Origin: Schmidtea polychroa
Lineage: Eukaryota
Direction of reading: 5' to 3'
NCBI GenBank assembly: GCA_044892525.1
Contig: CM097887.1
Location: 134,022,397-134,086,396 of the forward strand
DNA length: 64,000 nucleotides
A program made the translations under genes and the position numbers. Of the stretch, positions 47,191-59,410 are shown in pieces; the stretch's first letter is position 1, and every line of letters begins with the position of its first letter. The notes beneath the pieces are model-generated. The model did not search any database, had not been told where the DNA came from, and saw only the letters and a list, made by a program, of their open reading frames with translations.

Positions 47191-48414
47191 TTAAAAGTTA
47201 TACTAATAGACAAGAAACCTCATAATAGAGAGATTCAAAAATCACTGGCAAACGTTAAACAAATTATTATGTTATTCTATGTTTTATTTAATTTAAATAA
47301 TGAAAATTTTGAATTTTCACTTAAATTAATAAGTTTTAATTTTGAATTAATCAAATTGAAATTACGAGACTCAAATTTTGTTTAGTATCTTTTGTTAATT
47401 TTTTTTAATTATTGATTTTTAAATTCACAGTCATTTTTTTCTTGATAAATGATATATTTCTAAAAAAAATAATTTTCTATAAATTATAATTGACATATAA
47501 TCATAACTATTTATCAAAAAAATTATTGAATTTTAGAATCCTTTATTTAGGAAATATTTTTTTTATTGTTTCTTAGAGTCTAAATTAAACGCGTAAAGTT
47601 AATTTTAGTTTTTAAAATTATTTTTTCTTAGAAGTAATAAAATTGCTAATGAGCAGTTAAACAATTAAATTTCTTTAATATTTGAATTTAAATTTAACAT
47701 GTATGAATTTCAAATTTTTTTTCATTTTCTTGATATGTTGAAATAATTGCATGTTTTACTCTAAAGCATCATGATAATTAATGATATGAAATATATATTT
47801 TTTAAACGAATTTCTCAATTTTTTAATATCATTATTTTTAATATAAGCATTTAAAATTGGCTAAATTGCAACACAGAAAAAAAGTAATTTTAATAAAGTT
47901 ATTTATTAATAATTTAATAGGATGNNNNNNNNNNNNNNNNNNNNNNNNNNNNNNNNNNNNNNNNNNNNNNNNNNNNNNNNNNNNNNNNNNNNNNNNNNNN
48001 NNNNNNNNNNNNNNNNNNNNNNNNNNNNNNNNNNNNNNNNNNNNNNNNNNNNNNNNNNNNNNNNNNNNNNNNNNNNNNNNNNNNNNNNNNNNNNNNNNNN
48101 NNNNNNNNNNNNNNNNNNNNNNNNNNNNNNNNNNNNNNNNNNNNNNNNNNNNNNNNNNNNNNNNNNNNNNNNNNNNNNNNNNNNNNNNNNNNNNNNNNNN
48201 NNNNNNNNNNTCACAGAAATCTTTATTCACTTCAAAAATCTAAACGGAACACACAATCGTTATACTATTTATAGTACATTGAATTGCGTAATCTACAAAA
48301 GGGAGAATTATTAGTTTAAGTGATACTGTGGACACAGAAGACAAACATACTTACTTAATTTAGTTATACAAGCATTCCCGCATCATTCAATAGATATCAA
48401 GGTCTAGTGACCTG

Positions 48415-51179
48415 CAGACCCGAATTAACATCTTCGTAGGCCCTAGGCACTTTTAGCTTGGGAGACCCTCTCGCATAATTTTTTGTCAGTACAGTATCCC
48501 TAATGAAGTCAGCTATATCGCTAATTTTTAAAATGGGTTAATAATTCCATAGTGCTTTATTTTAACAACATTTTATTTTATGAACGTTATTTTAAGGACT
48601 TTATTTTTTTCTTTATGTTGTGTTATAACACAACCGAGCGTTTTTCTACTACGCCCGAAATTGCGTATTTCGTATGTATGTATAACGTTGATGAGTATAC
48701 TAATTATTATACTTTAAATGTTTTTTTCTAAGTTTAAATCCCACGTATTAAAAAAATAATCCTCCTGCAAAAATATTCAACCCGCCTGCTATGATTGCTA
48801 TGGTTAATTATCAATAGCGATTTTTTACATATAGGAGTGAATTTAAATTTGCGTATTTAGTAGCTGTGGATTTATGGTTGCAATTGTTTTTTTGTAGTAC
48901 TTTTTTTACAATTAGTTTTCAGAAAAATTTAAGAATTATAATAGTGTTTATTCTTTGTTAAAGTTATCTATAGTTATGTTATTTATAAACGATAATATTT
49001 CTTTAAACTGTAAATATTAATTATTTAAAAGTAAGTCTTCTTTTTTAAATATATAATAATTTAATAAAAATATTAATATATATGTAATTCCAAATATAAA
49101 TTATTTAATAGTAAATCAAAAAACAAGTGATTTGTATCAAAAGGAATTCTAATTGAAGTACATATATTAAAAAGTTCCAGTTGTACTAACAATAATAAAA
49201 ACAAGCATCTCTATATAAAATCTATAAAAGTGTAGATTAAGTATATTGTTAAATTATGTAAATACTGGATTGAAGTTTTAAAGAGAATAGTTGCCGTAAT
49301 AAAATTTCTATCTGAAAGAGGTTTGCCATTCCGTGGGAATAATGAAATTCATAATTGTTCTAATAATGGAAATTATCTTGGTTGTATCGATCTTATAGCC
49401 GAATTTGATCCTTTTTTAAAGGAGCATATTCGAAGACATGGAAATCCTGGAAGAGGAAATGTTTCCTATTTATCTAATATTATATGTGAAGAATTTATTG
49501 GTATACTAGAATCCAAGGTAACAACGCAGATAATATCTGAAATTAAAGAAGCGAAATATTATGGAATCAGCATTGATTCAACTCCTGATATTAGTCATAT
49601 GGACCAGATTACCGTGATAATTCGGTATGTACTTAAATGTGGAAATGTGGTTGAACGATTTTTAAAATTTATTGCAATTGAACAACACGATGGAAAATAT
49701 TTATTCGACATTATACGACATACTTTGGAACATCATAACATAAGTATTGGAAATTGCAGGTCCCAATCATATGATAACGCCAGTAATATGAGCGGCATAT
49801 ATACAGGTGTACAAGCTAGATTTAGAGAAATAAATAAACTGGCGGAATGGGTTCCATGTGCTGCACATAGTCTTAATTTGGTGGGTTCAACTGCTGTGGA
49901 GTGTTGCCTGGAAGCAGTAAAGTTTTTTGGAATTTTAGAAGCAATATATACTTTTTTTTCCGCTTCACCACAGAGATGGTCCAAATTTAAAGACAATATG
50001 AAAGAAAATACTTGTGTTGTAAAAAATTTATCAGAAACCAGATGGTCTGTACGACATGATGCTACTAAAGCTCTATTCATGAATTATTCAGAAATTCAAA
50101 AAGCATTGTTTGAAATAACTGAAAGCGAACGTCAGCCTGCAGTGGCTGTGCAGGAAGCTAAATCTTTAATAAAAAACCTGAACAATTTTGAAACAGCATT
50201 GATGTGTGTTATTTGGAATGATTTATTGCAAAATATTAATATTGTCAATAAAGCTCTGCAGGAGACTGGCATAGAATTATGTACCATTGTCAAATTATTT
50301 AAAACTCTCATAGCTTACTTTCATGGTATTCGTATAGAGTTTGATAAATTTGAAACCATGGCAAAAAAACTTACAACTTCCGAATATAAACAACATACAC
50401 AACGTAAACGAATAAGAAATAGATTTTTTGACGAAGTTTTAGACAACACCGATCCTAGTTTGAGCCTGAGTGCAAGTAACAAATTTCGTATTGAATCTTT
50501 TTATATAATAGTAGATAAACTTATTATTGAGATGCGTAAACGTCTTGAAGCATACGGAATGTTATATGAAAGGTTTAATTTTTTAGTGGACAGAACTTTG
50601 ACAAATGATGAAATAGTTTCGAAAGCAAACAAGTTAGTGCAAATATATTCTTCAGATGTTGAAGATGCATTTTGTGACGAGTTTTTATTATTTTCACGAA
50701 TGTATGGAGATAAAAAATCAGTGAACGAAATGTTAGTTGCACAAATAAATGATAAATTAGTTACCAGTTTTCCCAATGTAAATATTGTGTTACGAATTTA
50801 TTTATCAATATTTGGTACGAATGCGATCAACTATGGGGCAGGAACGATTGTCAGCACTAACACTTTTATCTATTGAAAGTGATTTAATGCGAGAGATTAG
50901 TTTCGATGAGGTTATTGTCGAATTCGCAAATAAAAAATGCAGAAAAGTTATTTTAGATAATAATTGAATAAATTGTTTACTAAATTAATGTTATTTTTTT
51001 ATATTTTTTTGAAAATAAATTTTTAATTATTATGAATTAAATCAATTTTTTTTCATGCTCTGGTTAAATATTTATAATATACATTTTTCGTAAGTATAAA
51101 TACATATTTTCGTAGGCCATTTAATATTCGTAGGCCCTAGGCACTGTGCCTACTGTGCCTATGGGATAATGCGCGCCTG
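48415..51179 (+). mobile_element. hAT (Tip100/ZMYM1-like) transposon with a long but defective transposase ORF
   Basis: CAGACCCGAATTA...TAATGCGCGCCTG with perfect TSD GTGACCTG. The open frame 49260-50876 has KFLSERGLPFRG, ISIDSTPD, SYDNASNM, CAAHSLNL and TRW. The C-terminal RSTMGQERLSAL is in another frame. Confidence 0.92.
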
Positions 51180-51226
51180 GTGACCTGGTTATGTAAGTAA
51201 TTCGTTGTAAATTATTATATCATCTT

Positions 51227-51228
<2 letters not shown>

Positions 51229-51292
<64 letters not shown>
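51229..51292. repeat. (TA)n microsatellite
   Basis: Direct reading of the sequence. Confidence 0.9.
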
Positions 51293-51296
<4 letters not shown>

Positions 51297-51553
51297 ACAG
51301 TTAACGTATAAACTTAGACAATGTATGCATTAACTAGCTAAAGTTTATAATACAGTTAAAGTCATTAGTAAATTTTTTAGTGGTAAAATTTTTAGACAAT
51401 AATAAAACAATAATAAAATATATATTATATCTAGGTAGTATGCTGTAACAAAAAACATGGCATACTAGAATAACAGTTATGTATTTTATTAGAGAATGTA
51501 TACATTATCTAGTTGATTTATACATTGTCTAGGTTTATACTTTAACTGTAACA
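51293..51553. mobile_element. TGT...ACA MITE with TATA target site (Ginger-like termini)
   Basis: TATA|TGTTACAGTTAACGTATAAACTTAGACAATGTAT...ATACATTGTCTAGGTTTATACTTTAACTGTAACA|TATA. Confidence 0.8.
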
Positions 51554-52550
51554 TATATATATTCTGAACAGTGCAGACTTTCAAATAATTATAACGGGGA
51601 TTAAATAGAGTGTCAAAAGCAATCGAAGCCTACTCTCTCAGTTCTAGATTTATCTCTCTATCTTCTAACCGAAATCTCAAATGAATTTTCTTGCGATGTA
51701 CATTCCTTATACAAAAATCTGATAAACGCATTGAAGTTTACAAAATCCTTTCGAATCTTATGTTAAAAACTTTCATTATATAAAACCATGTCGACTTATT
51801 CAGAATGAATCGGCAGGGAGAGTACTGTCCCAGTAGGCCATTATTTATCTATTCACAATAGTTCTTATGTCATTTTAAGATTATATTAAATATGTAATTA
51901 TTTTTCTCTTAAAATAAAGAACCAAATCGACCAAAATCAACTTATATTTTAGACGAAATGCATGATATAGAATTTTAGTACAAAAATACAATCTATGTCT
52001 ATTTATTCATATTTATTTACATTAATTCGTAATAATACTTACATTGTGTCTAATATGGAATCATATTTTGTCATCACAGTTTGAACAATTTTAACGGCTA
52101 CCAATTTATTTTCGACAACAATTTCATTGTTAGAATCAACAGCATCATCAATTCTGTTTCTACATGATCATCCCTGTTTTCTTGTGGAACTAAATGTAAC
52201 TCTCATAAAGCATTTTCATTAAAGGTTATGATGTCTATTTCGTCATAAGAAAATTAATGCATATTTTCCATGGTAAATATATCTGATATTTTTCGTCAAA
52301 TTGACCATCTTTCCTCCAACTATTAGATACCAGACTCAAAAAAGAACATATTTCAAAATTTTATTTCAATGACTGGTAAATTCTATTTTTTGATAACACT
52401 TTTCTAGCTTACACTGTAAGCCTTGAACTGCAATATTCATTTAATAATAAGAGGCACAAGTTTCATTATTTCAGCAATAGGCTGTTCCAATAGTGAAAAT
52501 ATTATAAAAAACTTTTTTCAACTTTCACCACTGATTTCTTTTCAATTGAC

Positions 52551-52735
52551 ATTGTATTTATTAAAAAGCTTGACTATAAATCATTAAATATATTGATGTT
52601 TTTTTTATATTAACAAATTTTCGGCACTGCCTTTTTCAAGTAATTCTGAAAAAGGCAGTGCCGAATATTTATGAATATCAAAAAAAACATTGATATATTT
52701 ACTGATTTATAGTCAAGCTTTTTAATAAATACAAT
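52551..52735. repeat. 185-bp palindromic element (GACTATAAATCA family)
   Basis: Arms of about 88 bp around an 8-nt loop. Related half or short copies occur at about 10485, 44655 and 58151-58249. Confidence 0.85.
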
Positions 52736-54351
52736 TTCTTTTAAATGTTTATATTATAAATGATTGGTCTAAAAAATATGTTTGAATAAAATAAAATATG
52801 TGAATTAAATAACAAATTAATAAATTTAATAATAAAAAATTTGGTACTTTTTTTTACAATAATAACAGCGTCTTTTATTAATAGTAATAATTTAGGCAAA
52901 ATTATCATCATATGGGCTTAGAATAAAATATCCCTATTAGAGTAGCCGATAGTTGGAAATTATGCGATAAATTTCTGATGCGATTAAAATTTATCTCTCT
53001 CGGAGTCCTAATAAAAAGAACTCCTAGAGAATAGATTTCACTTTTCAAGCGTCTATTTTGACTGTTTTGCCACAAATTTTGAATTTATTTAATGAATCGA
53101 AAAAAGATGTAAATGTATTTCAAAGTTGTCATATGAATTTAGAAAAATCACTCCAAATCTGAAAAATTTTGGAATTTTAGATTTCAATGAAGCTTCAATT
53201 ATTTGTAAAGAAAATTGCTTTTTAGTTTAAAAATACAACTAAAGATTTGCTATTGTTTCAATTGTAATACTCAAACATTATATACGATTTATTACGAAGA
53301 ATTCACTGTTATCATTAATTTCGAAAGAAAAAAAACTAAATAGAATTTATATTGTCTATTCAAACTAATTAAAAAATTAAAAACAAATAATTATTTTTTT
53401 AAAGGACTTTTTTAAAAATCTTATTTTTAAAGTCATTTAAAAAATTAAAGAATTAAAATTTTTAAAAACTTTTTAAATAAAAAACTTTTTTTTATGTTTT
53501 AATATAACAATTTAATTATTCAAATCATTTAAAACAAAATACCACATGCACTATATTTAACATTATAACTTTTAAAACACATTCAAAACACAAATGTTCT
53601 ATACATTAGTTTTCTATGTACCACTCCAAAAACGCAAACCATACTACTCATACACCTCTTATTGTGTTCATTGATATTAATCAACCATTTTAGTCGACAG
53701 TCATCTAGAACTCGATAGCAGAGATGATGGGATGCATGTTTATTATTTATATTATGTTTTTCGTTTGCATTGTTGATTCAATAATTTGCTATCCATGAAT
53801 CTTGGTCAAGCTTTATCTCTATATGATTCCTGGTTGAAAACAAGGGTCATTTTACACTGGGTATTACAATTTAACAGAAATGTATCTACCAAGACTTAGA
53901 ACTTTATTTAATGTATAAACTTCCGTTGGTGCCATGATATAATTCAAATTTGGTTCTTTGATGTGTCCACCATTGCACAATCTCACCATTTGCTGCCATA
54001 AAATGTTGAAAGAGTGCAATTGTCCCAAATGTACTTTTTGTATTTAATTTCACGCAATGTTAAAAATTATTATTTTTTCATTCATAATTGTTTTAATTTA
54101 ATTTTAATTTTTTAAATGTACTACAAGATGACAGGAAATTCAGTAAATGAATTCAAGACTTTATAAACTTTATTCTGATGATTTATACGCCAACCTTTAA
54201 ATATACTTTTTAATATTTTAAAGTCAGCGATTTTAGACAAAGGGACCCTATGGATGCTTATCATAACCAATATTTAATTAATAATTTAATCACTGATCTT
54301 TCACTATTCTTCTAAACATCCATATCTGTAATTTTTCGCAACCTGCTATAG

Positions 54352-54497
54352 CAGGGGTGGGCACGCATGAGGTCCTCGAGAGTCAAATACAGGTTTTCCC
54401 TGTATTACAAAAGGCCACAACATATTTTCATATTGTTTAAGTACAGTACACATTGGAGCCACACAGCTCATCAAAGACCCGCACTTGCCCACCCCTT
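54352..54497. mobile_element. Small hAT (Buster-type) MITE
   Basis: CAGGGGTGGGCA / TGCCCACCCCTT, perfect TSD TGCTATAG. Confidence 0.8.
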
Positions 54498-54658
54498 TGC
54501 TATAGAAACTTAAATCATATCGGGATTATTTACCTGAGTACGTTAAATTTGATGGTGCTGCAACTTACTGTCAGTAGCTAATACTTAAATTACCATTATA
54601 GTCAGACCGTATATTTTAAATTGAAAGCTTTGAATTTATTGTCCATGTTTGCTTAGAT

Positions 54659-55101
54659 CAGTGTTTCCCAAACTATTTCTTTTCGCAGAACCCTAAAATT
54701 CATTGTTTTATTTGGCGGAACCTTAACAATTAAAAAGCTCAAAATTTAAAGATTGAGACTAAATTTATTTTAAAACTATTAGTGAGAGGAATGCCACTGA
54801 TTTTCACAGGAAAATATTTCAATTCAAGATTCAATTGACGACAGGCAAATTCACATTTCCCTCAAAGTTTTCAACCACCAGTAATTGTTCGCGCTTCTTA
54901 GATTTATTTCGGTCAGTGCTGAGAATCCTAATTCACATAAATATGATTTATTGACGAAACTTGACAAATTGACTAAAAATTTAAATTACATTCGTAAACA
55001 TCCGTTGGAGAAATTTTAAAATTGACAATATCTATTGTCAGAGATCATTATCCCGCGGGACCCTTGAGTTTTCTCACGGAACTTATTTAGAAATATCACT
55101 G
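54659..55101. mobile_element. hAT (Buster-type) MITE inserted into the WD40 pseudogene frame
   Basis: CAGTGTTTCCCAAA left TIR, degenerate right TIR, perfect TSD GCTTAGAT. Confidence 0.8.
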
Positions 55102-55691
55102 GCTTAGATTAATAAAAGAATTTAAATTAACATTTGTAGTTTTAGTTGATTGTTTAATGGTCGAAAGGAACATGTTGGCTCTGATAAACTCGCTCTGATA
55201 TTGAGCATCATATTCTTTCGAAGCATCAGCTAAAAGCCTTTGACTTGATTCCTCATATAATAATAACTCATGTTCGGGGATAACGGCAAGCATAAAGTCC
55301 AAATTTCCATGCGTCTGTTCCAGTTTTATTGTTCGAATATAAAGAAATTCATATTTGGATAATGGATCAACTATCCACTTAAAGTCAATAATTTCTGAAC
55401 CTTCAAATGATTTGAATTTATTAAACTTCATTTGATCAAGATTTAATTTCCATACGATTACATAATCACATAAATCCACACTTACAAGAATGAGTTAATT
55501 TCGTTGATTAATTTTGTTATTGATTCTGAATGCCCATATAATATATCACTCTGTTTGCCATCTTCTAAACTCCATACAATTATAATATCATCCATTCCAA
55601 CAGTGATTGCAACTCTTGATTTATTGTACCAAACTACATTTTCCATTTCGAAATCAGAACGCCAACGAATTTTAAATCTTTTTATTTTCAT
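55102..55691 (-). pseudogene. WD40 gene fragment (WDR27-like N-terminus), frameshifted and cut by a MITE
   Basis: IIVWSLEDGKQSDILYGHSESIT.../ILVSVDLCDYVIVWKL resembles the recalled WDR27 LCIWNTKD...ILRGHHQPIT...SASLDYVIMWNL. Frameshift near 55495. The downstream part is unidentified. Confidence 0.5.
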
Positions 55692-55810
55692 ATTCACTGA
55701 AAAAAGTACAAAATTTAAACAACTTCTCGAAATTCCAAACTTGACATAAAATCCAAAAATTTGAAAAACTGATAAATCTCCAAAAATTCGATATCAACTC
55801 GACAATTGTC

Positions 55811-55870
55811 CGGGTCTGTGTGCCCACACAAATTAATCCAATTTAAAAGCAAAAAACGCACACAGACGCG
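55811..55870. promoter_or_regulatory. Inverted 14-mer pair, copy B
   Basis: CGGGTCTGTGTGCC (55811-55824), 32-nt spacer, CGCACACAGACGCG (55857-55870). Flanks are homologous to copy A. It lies 120 bp upstream of the WD40 ATG. Confidence 0.6.
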
Positions 55871-55952
55871 AAACTTCAACTCATAATTCACCAGTTGATT
55901 ATTATATTTATTTCTATTTATTTAACTAAATAAGGTATTTGGAAACGCCACC

Positions 55953-56039
55953 ATGATCAGTGCCACTAATTGGCTTAGCCCTTGTAAAGATTTTCAAGTT
56001 TGGTTTCTAGCTTTAGTAGTAACTGTAACATATATTTTC
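55953..56039 (+). CDS. Candidate signal-peptide exon of the Cys-loop receptor (phase does not fit the next exon)
   Basis: GCCACCATG followed by MISATNWLSPCKDFQVWFLALVVTVTYIF. The donors after the hydrophobic stretch are all phase 0. Confidence 0.35.
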
Positions 56040-56122
56040 GTACTTGAATATTGCTATTATATTAAATTTTTATATTTATATTTATTTTTTAAGTTATACA
56101 AATAAATGAACTAATTTTTTAG

Positions 56123-59100
56123 CTGACAAAAACTATGAAGAAGAAGTAATCAAAATGCTGATGAAAAGTTCAAACGAATTAACGGTTCGTCCAAATGCTT
56201 GCCGCGTCCATTGCAACAATCCGGTCATCGTCAATATAACATACAATGTCATCCAGATTTTGGCATTTGTAAGACAATGTATATTTTCAAATTACCATAN
56301 NNNNNNNNNNNNNNNNNNNNNNNNNNNNNNNNNNNNNNNNNNNNNNNNNNNNNNNNNNNNNNNNNNNNNNNNNNNNNNNNNNNNNNNNNNNNNNNNNNNN
56401 NNNNNNNNNNNNNNNNNNNNNNNNNNNNNNNNNNNNNNNNNNNNNNNNNNNNNNNNNNNNNNNNNNNNNNNNNNNNNNNNNNNNNNNNNNNNNNNNNNNN
56501 NNNNNNNNNNNNNNNNNNNNNNNNNNNNNNNNNNNNNNNNNNNNNNNNNNNNNNNNNNNNNNNNNNNNNNNNNNNNNNNNNNNNNNNNNNNNNNNNNNNN
56601 NNNNNNNNNNNNNNNNNNNNNNNNNNNNNNNNACTTTGTTCAATTTTCACTTCTAATTTCTTTTTAAACTTCCAACTGATTTGCTTATGGTAACGGTTAT
56701 AAATGGGATACCATAATTTAGCTTTATTCGAAGTCACAGACAGCCGTTTTCATAATTTCGCAAACAATATTAGTATCTATCAAGACCGGAAATTTTGTTT
56801 ATTTTAAAACATGAGTTATGGGACTTTTATACTTCAAACCTATACTCATAATAAAAATAATTCAAAACGAATTATATATATATATATATATATGTTACGG
56901 TAAAAGTAGATATTGTGGCAAATGTACACATTTTCCGGTAAATGTGCACATTAGCCTCCTCATTTGGGTAATGTGCATTCAACTAACATTTACAATTTCA
57001 AATAAAGGAAATGTACATTGAATTCACAATGACCATGACCTTTTGGTAAATGTGAGCATACAAAATACGAAATTTAATATATATAGTCTGGACTATTTGA
57101 AATTATAATTTGACCCCCAAAGGGTACTGCTCACAAGGGTACACGTACATTCAACCTCCGCCTACCCCCACACGTACGCTTCGTGTAAAAGCTCAAGTCT
57201 TTTTTTTCTTTTATAAATATATATGAGTGTAATGTAAAATGTAAATAGTAAGTAAAGAATATTACACTTCAACACATATAATTAAAATTACATTACATTG
57301 GGATAATAGTTGGTGCTGGTGCCTTAAAATACGAAGGTAAGAGTATACATTTACCAAAACGTAAAGGCAGGTGTACACATTTGCCTGGAAATGTACATAT
57401 ACATTATATTCAGTTCACTTATACCTAACTTTTTGGGAAATGTACACATTTTATGGTAAAAGTGTACATTTCCCAAGNNNNNNNNNNNNNNNNNNNNNNN
57501 NNNNNNNNNNNNNNNNNNNNNNNNNNNNNNNNNNNNNNNNNNNNNNNNNNNNNNNNNNNNNNNNNNNNNNNNNNNNNNNNNNNNNNNNNNNNNNNNNNNN
57601 NNNNNNNNNNNNNNNNNNNNNNNNNNNNNNNNNNNNNNNNNNNNNNNNNNNNNNNNNNTATTACTATAAATATTATTTATCTTCATTTTAAATATCGTTT
57701 TCAAAGACGTTCGGAAATATTTTCATCTTGTAATTGGTTTGCTCATATTAAGTCTGTAAAATTTTCTAATTATTTTTATCGTTATCGTCATAATTATCAT
57801 TCATTATTTTTGTATCTTTTTGGAAATAAAAACATGGCAGTTTTGCACATATATCATTTTTTTCATTTAATAATGCCGTTTCCCATCTTTTTAGAGCAAC
57901 AAGTTTACTTACAGAGTTAATTCACTATAAAATAATAATTATTATTAATATTAATAGCTTTTTAGTAGATAATTTCCAAATAATTTATTATAATTTATTA
58001 ACTATCCTATAAATTTTTAATAAAATGACAACCTAAACAAAACTTTTAAATGGTTTTTAGTTTTTCATGACTAAGTGAATAAAATTTAGTTTTCAAACAA
58101 ATTTTTACAAATGGAGCAGAAGGAAATTTTAAATATAATTTATATATATTTTATTTATTAAAAAGAGCATGAAGACTATAAATCAGTAATATATCAAAAA
58201 CATCGATATATTACTGATTTATAGTATTCAAGCTCATTTTAATAAATAAAAAAAATCAGTGGCGAAATTCTAAAAAAAGTTCTTATAATATGTATATCTT
58301 ATTATTTCAATTATATACTATCATTAATAAAAATATTTTATTTATAAAACTTATTTATGAAAAAATTTGATTTGAAATGAAATTGAAAGCCGGAAAAAAA
58401 GAAATTTATTTCTTACTTATTTCTTATATTTATTAGCACACCCTCCAACATCGTAGTTTTGACCATGATTTATTACTATTTACAACATTTTTTTATTTTA
58501 TGGGATGAATATTTTAATTTATATATTAGGTTATACTCACTAAAATGTCAAATACTCATTCAAATTGTTATTCTATTTTATATAGATAATTTTTAATATT
58601 AACTGATAATTTTATTTTACAATAATGATAAATTATTCAATATATTTATTATTAATTTTATGTAAATTTAAATTTTATTTCGAATTTTTGGTTTTCTTGA
58701 TCTTATTAGTTAATATTTATGTTTAATAAATTATGATTTTTGGATTAATTTTTTGGTAAATATTTTATGAGTAATAATAGTGATATAATCAAATATTTAT
58801 TCTAAAATTCACTATTTAACAAAACCCAATCTTTCTTAATTTGTAATTAATTTTAATTTATATCATAATTGAAAAACACCAACTAAGTATGATAAATAAC
58901 ATCGCGAAATATATTTCGACCATTTATCAGTCTTCTTCAGTCGGCAAATCACGTTAACAACTAATAACTGAAAATAAGGATTATTTAAAAAATTAATTAA
59001 TAATAATCATCTTCAAACTGTATCAAAATATTTCAAATAAAAAATTTTTAAATAAGTTATTTTATATTATTTGAAAATGTTTATTTAAAAATCAAATTTT

Positions 59101-59353
59101 TATGGTTTTTACAAATTATTAAAACTTTGCCATCTTTTTTAATTATTTAATTTCCAACTTTAATACATAAATAATTCATTGAACGCTGTAAAAATGTATT
59201 AACTATTAATGCAAGAAGTGATGAAGAGTAACTTTTAAATTTGAGAAGTTAATCAACTAAATTAATTTTCCTTAATAATATTTTAATATTAATTTTCAAC
59301 ATTTTTATTAATTTTTATAAATATTTATATAAATACTTAATTCGTAATAAATA

Positions 59354-59410
<57 letters not shown>

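Noticed and set aside
47838-48314. ORF-track entries spanning N runs (also 15372, 18347, 24004, 30791, 56199-56737, 57351-57920, 61250)
   Set aside because: Artefacts of translating assembly gaps.
48363-48414. Possible small exon split by the hAT insertion (AG at 48362, GTAAGT at 51193)
   Set aside because: It encodes no signal peptide or known motif, so splice-like words alone are insufficient.
49733-50776. Antisense ORFs inside the hAT transposase
   Set aside because: Shadow frames of the real ORF.
51600-52460. Coding-like, possibly GPCR-like decayed sequence
   Set aside because: Many stops in all frames, and no family could be assigned with confidence.
56158-56185. CTGATGA hammerhead-like start
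   Set aside because: It is inside the ion-channel exon and lacks GAAA and stem II.
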